Origin: Bdellovibrionales bacterium
GTDB lineage: Bacteria > Bdellovibrionota > Bdellovibrionia > Bdellovibrionales > UBA1609
Direction of reading: 5' to 3'
NCBI GenBank assembly: GCA_965219095.1
Contig: CBDCMT010000001.1
Span: 1,440,001-1,504,000 of the forward strand
Length of the DNA: 64,000 bases
In this document: positions 56,123 to 64,000 of the stretch, piece by piece
Position numbering within the stretch: position 1 is the stretch's first letter
How the letters are laid out: each line of letters starts with the position of its first letter
Made by a program: the position numbers and the translations under genes
Notes under the pieces: model-generated
The model's input: only the letters and a program-made list of their open reading frames with translations
Databases searched by the model: none
What the model was told of the DNA's origin: nothing

Positions 56123-57703
56123 TTAGATAGACGTTTCTTTTGCTGGTTTGATTACAGAAATGAGATTATTGAAAATACCTCCTATTTGGTTGGCAATAAC
56201 TACACGATTTTTCTTATCAGCTACAATTCTAGCCTTGTTATTTTGAAAGGCAATTTCGATACTTCCTAGACCAACTACAGTTAGTCTTTTGATCCTTCCT
56301 GTTTGTTTGTCGTAGGAAATCTTTAATTTTTTTAGAGATTGATCAAAGAGTTCTGTAATTTGATTGTTTTTATACTTTATAAAAACAATCCTGCCCTCAG
56401 AGTTAAATACTTTTCTTAAGTTACAAGTCCCTTTTTTATACTTAAAGTTCGTTTTCACATTTTTTAAAACTTTTCCTCTAGCTTTCTTCACATCTAGTTC
56501 AGCAAGACTTCTTTGTATAGCTTTAAGCTTTACAGACTTCATTTTATAATAAGATGACTTCATATAAAAAACTTTGTTGCAATGATTGTATTTAAAGGCG
56601 TGCTCCTCTGTAAGGCTTTTTTTCTTGGAAAGAAGGCCCTTAGAATTATACCAAAATTTTGTTAAAACCCCATTCTCTAAGACAGAGGAAGGAGTTCCTA
56701 AAGTTTTATGGAAAACAATGACCTTTTTCCGGCCTTGAATGTTGATTTCCATTTTATGAAGATAGGAGGAAGAGTTTTTCGATGTGGAATCAAAAATTTT
56801 CTTATAAGAAAAATCATAAGAACTTTTATTCACTACATCTTTGCCACATTTTTTTTCAATAGTAGCTAGGTGTCCTTTATGTTGTCCCTTTTTATCCCTT
56901 CGAACCTTATAATTGTAATTTTCAATACAGTTACTTTTATCTGTAAAACTTGTCACCCAATCTTTTTCTGTATTGTAAGAGATCTTTTCGATTCCTTTTG
57001 CAGACTTAATCATTTTCATGTTATTAAGCCTATCGTAATCGTATTCATACTTGTTACCCCACTGATCTGTAACATGCTTTAGCTTGTTTCTTTCAATGAA
57101 GTAAGAAGCCTTTATGCCTTGAGGCCCTTTGATCGTTAAATACTTTCCAGACCTTACTAACTTAAGAGTCTTTCCGGTTTCATCTTTGACTTTTACAAGA
57201 TTGTTGTCTTTATACTCAAAAGAAAGAGAACTCCCTCCAGAATTTCTTTGTAGTAACAAAGCCCCATCTCGAGAGAACCACTGTTCGGCCTTTGATTTGA
57301 AAGCACGATGGTAGCTTCTTCCGTTTGTAGTGATTATATCGGAAGAGGAGCTTTTAGAAACATAGGTTTTCTTAGATCCCTTTTGAGATTTTAATACATA
57401 GACAACTTCAAGTCCTGAACCACAAGTCTTCACTTTAAGTTGGTTTTGTGATAAAATCTCTAAGCTTGTTTCTAAATTTGAACATTGCCCAAAACCAAAG
57501 ATCCCACTAAAAAGAGAACGACTACTGTAAGTTCTTGTGATTTTTAAAGGAGAATTTGCTACATTGATGTCTACGTTGGTACGAGAAAAGTTAGCATTTT
57601 GCATATCTACAATGGCATAAGAAGGTAAGTAGAGACATAAAATAATGAGTGCATTTGTAAGTATACTGAATTTTGAAATAAAAAATAAGCTGATTCTTTT
57701 CAT
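56123..57703 (-). CDS. Secreted RHS/YD-repeat protein (Bd0109-like)
   Basis: Signal peptide; VDMQNANF..LKITRTYSSRSLFSGIFGFG (DUF6531-type head); YD-like repeats (FEYKDNNL..D..G, YEYDYD); no RHS core or toxin tip. Confidence 0.8.
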   Translation of the reverse strand: MKRISLFFISKFSILTNALIILCLYLPSYAIVDMQNANFSRTNVDINVANSPLKITRTYSSRSLFSGIFGFGQCSNLETSLEILSQNQLKVKTCGSGLEVVYVLKSQKGSKKTYVSKSSSSDIITTNGRSYHRAFKSKAEQWFSRDGALLLQRNSGGSSLSFEYKDNNLVKVKDETGKTLKLVRSGKYLTIKGPQGIKASYFIERNKLKHVTDQWGNKYEYDYDRLNNMKMIKSAKGIEKISYNTEKDWVTSFTDKSNCIENYNYKVRRDKKGQHKGHLATIEKKCGKDVVNKSSYDFSYKKIFDSTSKNSSSYLHKMEINIQGRKKVIVFHKTLGTPSSVLENGVLTKFWYNSKGLLSKKKSLTEEHAFKYNHCNKVFYMKSSYYKMKSVKLKAIQRSLAELDVKKARGKVLKNVKTNFKYKKGTCNLRKVFNSEGRIVFIKYKNNQITELFDQSLKKLKISYDKQTGRIKRLTVVGLGSIEIAFQNNKARIVADKKNRVVIANQIGGIFNNLISVIKPAKETSI

Positions 57704-58052
57704 ATTAAACCCTTTTTATCAGTTCAATTTATATTTAACTCACAAGTAAGAATAGCACTGAAAGAAAGAAAAGTTAATAGATTATAGAATTAAGCAAGAC
57801 TAAAGTCTTTTAGGTAAAAATTAAAGACTGTTTATTGCTTAAGTTAAAACTCATACTAAGGACCTAGGTCTTAAATAAAAACCTTTTTCTAGTCTTTCAT
57901 CCATGATCATAAAAGATAGGGCGATCATTATGAAGGTGGGCTTAAAAATGAGAATTTGATTTTTCTAGGGCATTTCCTTGCCCCTTTAAAAAACCTTCCA
58001 AGTTTCACTTTAGAAGGTTTTTGCATTTGGATTTAGAAGCCTTAAGGCTTTT

Positions 58053-59144
58053 TTACATTTGAACTGAGTGGCGATTTTTTGTTGTTTTTTTCTTTTCTGC
58101 CAATGTCTTTTCTGCAACAACTTTTTTATTGTGTTTGTAGGGTATCTTATAGGTTTCGAAAACTTTTTGTTTGAGTTCTTCTTTTAATTCAGCATTTTCT
58201 TTAAAGAAAAGTTTTGCTTTATCTCTTCCTTGTGCAATTTTTTCTCCTTTATAAGAAAACCAAGCTCCTGATTTTTGTATAAGCCCCTTTTTTTCTGCTA
58301 AATCAATGAGATCACCTTCTTCAGAAATACCTTCGCTATACATGAGATCAAATTCCACTTTTTGAAACGGAGGAGCCATTTTGTTTTTGACGATTTTTAC
58401 ACTGGTGCGATTACCCACAATAGAATCTTGATTTTTTATTGCTCCTATTCTTCTGACATCTAGTCTAACCGATGAATAGAATTTAAGTGCATTGCCTCCT
58501 GTTGTTGTCTCAGGATTTCCGAACATAACTCCTATCTTCATACGAATTTGGTTGATAAAAATTACAAGTGTGTTGCTTTTATGAATGGCTGCTGTAAGCT
58601 TTCTAAGGGCTTGTGACATAAGACGGGCTTGTAAACCCATATGGCTATCTCCCATATCTCCTTCAATCTCAGCTTTAGGTGTAAGAGCCGCTACAGAGTC
58701 AATGACCAAAATGTTAACACCCCCTGAACGTACAAGAGTTTCTGCAATCTCTAAAGCTTGTTCTCCTGTATCAGGTTGAGAGATCAGAAGCTCTTCTGTT
58801 TTTACGCCTATTTTTTTAGCATAGCTGGTGTCAAGAGCATGTTCTGCATCAATAAAAGCTGCCACTCCCTCTTTTTTTTGAGCTTGAGCGATTGTGGAAA
58901 GAGCTAAAGTGGTTTTCCCTGAACTTTCAGGACCGTAAATTTCAATGACGCGTCCTTGAGGAAGTCCTCCTATTCCTAAAGCTAAGTCTAAACTTAAAGA
59001 ACCTGTGCTATAGACAGGAACATTTAAATTCTTTACTCCTTTATCGCCTAACTTCATGATAGCCCCTTTCCCAAATTCTTTTTCGATGCTTGTCATAGCT
59101 AGGTCAAGGGCTTTCTTTTTATTTTCGTTTATGTTTTTTTGCAT
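58053..59144 (-). CDS. recA: Recombinase RecA
   Basis: [36 protein letters not shown]. Confidence 0.99.
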   Translation of the reverse strand: MQKNINENKKKALDLAMTSIEKEFGKGAIMKLGDKGVKNLNVPVYSTGSLSLDLALGIGGLPQGRVIEIYGPESSGKTTLALSTIAQAQKKEGVAAFIDAEHALDTSYAKKIGVKTEELLISQPDTGEQALEIAETLVRSGGVNILVIDSVAALTPKAEIEGDMGDSHMGLQARLMSQALRKLTAAIHKSNTLVIFINQIRMKIGVMFGNPETTTGGNALKFYSSVRLDVRRIGAIKNQDSIVGNRTSVKIVKNKMAPPFQKVEFDLMYSEGISEEGDLIDLAEKKGLIQKSGAWFSYKGEKIAQGRDKAKLFFKENAELKEELKQKVFETYKIPYKHNKKVVAEKTLAEKKKTTKNRHSVQM

Positions 59145-59157
59145 GTTGTACCTCCTT

Positions 59158-59652
59158 TTATTCTTTTGTTAAAAAATGATTAAGTTGTTTAAATACAATT
59201 TTCGTCGCCTCTATCTGTATATCTGTACGGGACAACTTTTCTAAATAAACTGTCTTTGTTGTTGCAAGATGAGGGCCTGCAAAACCAAAAATAACAGTTC
59301 CTACAGGATGATGTTCATCTCCCCCTGTAGGGCCGGCCCATCCTGTTGTGGAGCAAGACCAGTCGCTTTTAAACTTTTCACGTGCTTTTTGAGCTAAAAA
59401 AAGAGACACCTCTTTACTTACAACAGAGAACTGAGATAAAAGTTCTTCAGGGACTTCAAGAAAATGGATTTTACTTTCTTGAGAATAACAGACAAGACAA
59501 CCTTTAAAAACACAAGAGATATTGTTTTTTCTTGTAAGTTCGCTTGAAATAAGTCCTCCCGTACAACTTTCCGCTAAACACAGAGTTTGGTTTCTTTCTA
59601 AAAGCTTTTCATAGATGGAAGTGATAAGAGGTTCTAAATGGAGTGAATTCAT
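59158..59652 (-). CDS. cinA: CinA C-terminal domain protein (NMN deamidase, PncC-like)
   Basis: [21 protein letters not shown]. Confidence 0.9.
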   Translation of the reverse strand: MNSLHLEPLITSIYEKLLERNQTLCLAESCTGGLISSELTRKNNISCVFKGCLVCYSQESKIHFLEVPEELLSQFSVVSKEVSLFLAQKAREKFKSDWSCSTTGWAGPTGGDEHHPVGTVIFGFAGPHLATTKTVYLEKLSRTDIQIEATKIVFKQLNHFLTKE

Positions 59653-59881
59653 AAGAGAAGACCTCTTCCAGTTTTTTTTATAGAAAGAATTATAAAGCCA
59701 AAGTGATTTTTTTGAATGCTGTCTCCCATAACAAAAGAAATAGTATAAGTTTAGTGTATGTTCAAGTTCTTTTTTTCCCCTACATAAGTCGAGCTTATCT
59801 TTAAAATTGCAAAATTAGGACACAAGTCGCATCAAATTAAAAAAATTATAAGCCGATAAAAAAGAAAATAGTGAGAGGTTT

Positions 59882-61126
59882 ATGAAACGAAAAGTTGATT
59901 CCTTACTTTTTGATATGCTGCAAAAAGTATCAAATGACAAAGATATTAGTGACTTACATTTGAAGGCAGGAATTGTACCTGTAATAAGAAAGCTCGGGAG
60001 TCTTAAGATATTAGACAAAAAATACAATACTCTTACCGATAATATCATTAGGAAAATGTTTTCCAGCATTATGACTTTGGACGACAAAGAGAAGTATGAA
60101 AAGACAAAAGAACTGGACTTAGGCTTTGGTCTTTCTAAATATGGTCGTTTTCGCATCAATATCTTTCAACAAAGAGGGAGTATAAGAGGTGTTATCAGAA
60201 GCATACCCCATAACATTCCTGATTTAAACGCTCTTAGCCTTCCTGAGGTGTTGAAAAATGTTTGTTATTTTGAAAGAGGCTTGATTTTAGTTACAGGGGC
60301 TACAGGTTCAGGTAAATCTTCTACAGTAGCGGCTATGATTGATCATATTAACAAAACTAAAACTCGTCATATCTTAACTTTAGAAGATCCCATTGAATTT
60401 CTTATTTCCGATTGTAAAAGCATCATCTCACAAAGAGAGTTAGGTATTGATATGAAATCTTTCGATCAGGGCTTACGGGCAGGATTAAGACAAGATTCGG
60501 ATATTATTTTTATTGGAGAGATGAGAGATGTAGAAACCATCCGTGTAGCTTTGCTTGCAGCAGAGACAGGGCATCTTGTGATCTCAACACTACATACAGT
60601 GAATGCTAAGGATACGATCAATCGTATTTTGAATTTGTTTCCTCAACAAGAACACAATCAAATTAGATATTCTTTAGCGGCTTCTTTGCAAGCTATCTTA
60701 AGCCAGAGATTGATTAGAAAAAAGAAATCGAAAAAAATGATTCCTCTTACAGAAGTTTTACTGTTTACTACAAGAGTTCGCAAAATTGTCAGAGAAGGCA
60801 CTTTTGAAAATATAACTGATGCTATAGAAGAAGGAGCTGAAATGTATCAAATGCATAGTTTTGACCAAAGGCTTGTTGAGCTTATAAAAAATGATGAGGT
60901 TGATTGGAAAGAGGCTCTCTCTCATGCGACAAACTCTAGTGATTTAAAAATTAGGATGAGACAAATAGGGGCTTTCAAAAGCTTATCATCTAAGTCGTCT
61001 TCTGCACGTGCTAATCAAAGCAACAATAATATCTATGAACACACGGGAACAGAAAATTTTGATATGGATTTGGATCGGGATTCAAAGCCTATTATTCATC
61101 CTAAGAAAAAAACTTCCTCAAATTAA
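59882..61126 (+). CDS. pilT: PilT/PilU-family type IV pilus retraction ATPase
   Basis: SDLHL, GRFRINIF, GATGSGKS, TLEDPIE, IGEMRD, GHLVISTLH. Confidence 0.92.
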   Translation: MKRKVDSLLFDMLQKVSNDKDISDLHLKAGIVPVIRKLGSLKILDKKYNTLTDNIIRKMFSSIMTLDDKEKYEKTKELDLGFGLSKYGRFRINIFQQRGSIRGVIRSIPHNIPDLNALSLPEVLKNVCYFERGLILVTGATGSGKSSTVAAMIDHINKTKTRHILTLEDPIEFLISDCKSIISQRELGIDMKSFDQGLRAGLRQDSDIIFIGEMRDVETIRVALLAAETGHLVISTLHTVNAKDTINRILNLFPQQEHNQIRYSLAASLQAILSQRLIRKKKSKKMIPLTEVLLFTTRVRKIVREGTFENITDAIEEGAEMYQMHSFDQRLVELIKNDEVDWKEALSHATNSSDLKIRMRQIGAFKSLSSKSSSARANQSNNNIYEHTGTENFDMDLDRDSKPIIHPKKKTSSN

Positions 61127-61194
61127 TTGATGTAAGTAAAAATTAAGATAGTTACTTGCTTCTTTTTAGGATGTAGGACAAACTCTTAGGGAGT

Positions 61195-61620
61195 ATGTTT
61201 TCTGAAGAAAAGGTGTCAAAAGGACTTCGTAGACTCGCAAGATGGCTTTCTTTTAAAGACTGTACACAAAAAGAAGTCACACAGAAGCTCGAAAAGGTTT
61301 TTTGCGAAAAAGTTACTGAAGAAGTGGTGAAAAGAGCTAAGCTCAAAGGATGGCTTAAAAATGATAGGCAGTTCTCGGAGGAGTTTATCAAAAGAGGTCA
61401 CGAGAAAGGGAGGGGCTATTTGTGGATCTGTCGTCAGTTAGAAGAAAAAGGATTATCAGGATTTAAAGAAAATGGTTCCTTAGAAAGAAAAAAAGCCTTA
61501 AAACTTTTAACCAAGAAAGCTTTTAAAACAAGCTTACAGAAAGTACGGTTTCTTTCTTATAGAGGTTTTAGCCAACATGTGATAGAAGATGTGGTAGAGC
61601 ATGAAGAGCTTACAGATTAG
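61195..61620 (+). CDS. recX: Regulatory protein RecX
   Basis: GWLKND..F, I..QLEEKG, RFLSYRGFS; upstream of alaS. Confidence 0.75.
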   Translation: MFSEEKVSKGLRRLARWLSFKDCTQKEVTQKLEKVFCEKVTEEVVKRAKLKGWLKNDRQFSEEFIKRGHEKGRGYLWICRQLEEKGLSGFKENGSLERKKALKLLTKKAFKTSLQKVRFLSYRGFSQHVIEDVVEHEELTD

Positions 61621-64000
61621 AAAAAAGTTTGTTGATTTTTTTACATCCAAAGGACATTATCTTGTCCCTAGCTCTTCTTTAGTTCCTGATAAGGATCCCA
61701 CCCTGATGTTTAGCAATGCCGGTATGAACCAATTTAAGAATGTCTTTTTAGGCCTAGAAACAAGACCTTATACAAAAGCTGTCAGCATTCAAAAGTGTGT
61801 TAGAGCAGGGGGGAAGCATAATGATTTAGAAAATGTGGGTTACACGAAACGTCATCATACTTTTTTTGAAATGATGGGAAACTTTTCCTTTGGAGATTAT
61901 TTTCGTGAAGAAGCGATTACTTTTTGTTGGAATTTACTTGTAGATGAATTGGGTTTAAATCCAAAGAAAATGTATGTGAGTGTTTTCAAGGATGATAAGG
62001 AATCATTTGATTTTTGGAATGATAAAATAGGACTGCCTAAAGAACGTATTTATAAATTTGATGAAAAAGATAATTTTTGGAGGATGGGGGATACAGGTCC
62101 TTGTGGTCCTTGCACAGAAGTCTATTATGATATAGGAGTTACAGAGGGTGATGAAAAAGACAATGTTGTAGGAGGAGAAGGGGATCGCTTTATGGAAATC
62201 TGGAATCTTGTTCTTATGGCTTATGAAGAACAGGAAGATGGTCAAAGAACTCATCTTTCGTCTTTGTCAGTAGACACAGGCTGTGGTTTAGAAAGGTTGG
62301 TGACAGTTTTACAAAATAAAAAAAGCAATTATCATACTGATTTATTCCTCCCTCTTTTAGAAGTCATTTCATCTGAGTCAAAAATAACTTACAACTTTTC
62401 TAATACTTCCTCTGATATTGCTATGAGAGTCTTAGCTGATCATAGTCGTGCTATAAGTTTTTTGATTTTAGATGGAGTGATGCCTTCGGCTGAGGGAAGA
62501 GGCTATGTTCTACGAAGAATCATAAGACGTGCTTTAAGGTATGCAAAACAACTAAAACAAGAGTTTATTTTAGAAAAAGTGATAAAAGTTGTGGAACGCA
62601 ATTTCTCAGAAGTTTATTCTAGCCTAAAAACAAGACAAAAGCTTATTTTATCCACTGTCAAAGAAGAGGAGAAAAAATTTTTAAGAACTTTAAATCAAGG
62701 TCTGGCTCTTTTTGAAAAACAAACGTCAGGGATAGATAAAATTTCAGGTGAGTTTGCTTTTAAGATGTATGATACATATGGGTTCCCTTTTGACCTGACA
62801 TGCCTTATGGCAAAAGAAAAAGGATATCTAGTGGACCACAAAGGTTTTAAAATTTGTCTTAAAGAAGCTCGAGATCGTTCTAGGAAAACAAGTTTTATTA
62901 AAAAAATATCACAACAGGAGGGCCTTGTAAATGAATGGGTTAAAAGCTTTACTTCTACAGAGTTTTTAGGACGATGTGGCCATGATAATCAAGGGGTCAT
63001 TCTTTCAGAAGATCAAAACTTCTCATCTCAAGTTGAAGCCAAACTTTTAGGGATTTTTTGTGATCAGAACAGCATTACATCCTTCTGTGATCTTTCTAAA
63101 GAGTGTTGGATTGTGTTTGATAAAACATGTTTTTACGCTGAATCAGGAGGTCAGGTAGGAGACAAAGGGACTCTTAATTCTCGAAACGTCAGTGCTGAAA
63201 TTTTAGACTGTCAAATAAAACACAAGGTTCATCTCCACTTAGTTCTTTTGAAAAGAGGAGAGCTTAAAGTAAATGAAAAATATAAAATCCAATTCGATCA
63301 AAAAAGACGTTCTCAAATAGCAAGGCATCATTCAGCCACTCACTTGCTTCATAAAGCTTTAAAAATTCTTTTAGGACCAAGTGTTGAGCAAAAAGGGAGC
63401 TTAGTGACTGATGAAAAATTGCGTTTTGACTTCACTCATCATCAACCTATAACTCAAGAGGAAAAATTGAGAATCGAAGAACAAATCAACCAATGGATTT
63501 CAGAAAAATATAGGGTTGAGACTACTATTATGGACAAAAAGCAAGCTCTTCATAAAGGGGCGGAAGCTTTGTTTGGAGAAAAGTATGATGAAAGTGTAAG
63601 GGTTTTGAGCATAGGACCTTCTTTAGAGCTTTGTGGTGGAACTCATGTGTCTAACACTTTTGAAATACAAGCATGTTTTTTAGATAAAGAAAGTGCTGTG
63701 AGTGCAGGAGTACGTCGCTTAGAAGCTTTTACAGGTTATGATAATTGTAAAAATAAATTTTTTAAAAAACTTGATTATCTAAAAAAAGAGATGTCTTTAG
63801 AACTTCAAAAAAATATATCTTCTCAAATAGAAAAAGTCAAACAGAATGGAAATTTTAGTTCAAAAGCTTATTTTGATTTGCTTTTCTTTATAGAAAAAAA
63901 GAAAAAAAGCTTAAAAGAACTACAAAAAGAAGAGCAAAGAAAAATCTTAAGTAACATAGATTATAAAAAAATTATTTCCCAAGAAGCACAAGATATCCCA
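61601..64000 (+). CDS. alaS: Alanine--tRNA ligase, 3' end outside window
   Basis: Manual translation: MKSLQIRKKF..DPTLMFSNAGMNQFK..RAGGKHNDL..GPCGPC..HSATHLLH..ELCGGTH. Confidence 0.97.
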   Translation, partial: MKSLQIRKKFVDFFTSKGHYLVPSSSLVPDKDPTLMFSNAGMNQFKNVFLGLETRPYTKAVSIQKCVRAGGKHNDLENVGYTKRHHTFFEMMGNFSFGDYFREEAITFCWNLLVDELGLNPKKMYVSVFKDDKESFDFWNDKIGLPKERIYKFDEKDNFWRMGDTGPCGPCTEVYYDIGVTEGDEKDNVVGGEGDRFMEIWNLVLMAYEEQEDGQRTHLSSLSVDTGCGLERLVTVLQNKKSNYHTDLFLPLLEVISSESKITYNFSNTSSDIAMRVLADHSRAISFLILDGVMPSAEGRGYVLRRIIRRALRYAKQLKQEFILEKVIKVVERNFSEVYSSLKTRQKLILSTVKEEEKKFLRTLNQGLALFEKQTSGIDKISGEFAFKMYDTYGFPFDLTCLMAKEKGYLVDHKGFKICLKEARDRSRKTSFIKKISQQEGLVNEWVKSFTSTEFLGRCGHDNQGVILSEDQNFSSQVEAKLLGIFCDQNSITSFCDLSKECWIVFDKTCFYAESGGQVGDKGTLNSRNVSAEILDCQIKHKVHLHLVLLKRGELKVNEKYKIQFDQKRRSQIARHHSATHLLHKALKILLGPSVEQKGSLVTDEKLRFDFTHHQPITQEEKLRIEEQINQWISEKYRVETTIMDKKQALHKGAEALFGEKYDESVRVLSIGPSLELCGGTHVSNTFEIQACFLDKESAVSAGVRRLEAFTGYDNCKNKFFKKLDYLKKEMSLELQKNISSQIEKVKQNGNFSSKAYFDLLFFIEKKKKSLKELQKEEQRKILSNIDYKKIISQEAQDIP

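Noticed and set aside
56123..57703. Polymorphic RHS toxin with immunity gene
   Set aside because: No RHS core or DPxG cleavage motif and no C-terminal toxin domain

Overview
AT-rich bacterial chromosome segment that spans the replication-origin region: mnmG-mnmE-jag-yidC-yidD-rnpA-rpmH on the minus strand, and dnaA-dnaN-recF-gyrB-gyrA-TPR-atpZ/I/B/E on the plus strand. The gene order, the split atp operon, the pilin-like protein and the RHS protein all point to Bdellovibrionota (inferred). The left arm (1-16.6 kb) is mostly housekeeping: mltD, patatin, lon, LpoA-like lipoprotein, grpE, tatC, acyl-CoA carboxylase, asnS, PNP and deoC. From about 16.7 to 37.2 kb lies an IS-saturated island with two IS66 groups, IS630, IS1634, ISL3, IS982, IS3 and IS256, nearly all broken. 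It includes a fully resolvable ISL3-in-IS1634-in-IS630 nest. The island's cargo is a Dlt/Alg-type envelope acylation module (adenylation-ACP fusion, MBOAT with a C-terminal FIYxxF motif, SGNH protein with an apparent ATA start, plus a GNAT) and a type IV pilin-like protein ending in a collagen-like tandem repeat. The right arm has an IS66-derived MITE with an 8-bp TSD inside a dispersed repeat, an RHS/YD protein paired with a small secreted protein that resembles the Bdellovibrio hit locus, then recA, cinA, pilT, recX and alaS. I saw no CRISPR array, rRNA or complete tRNA.
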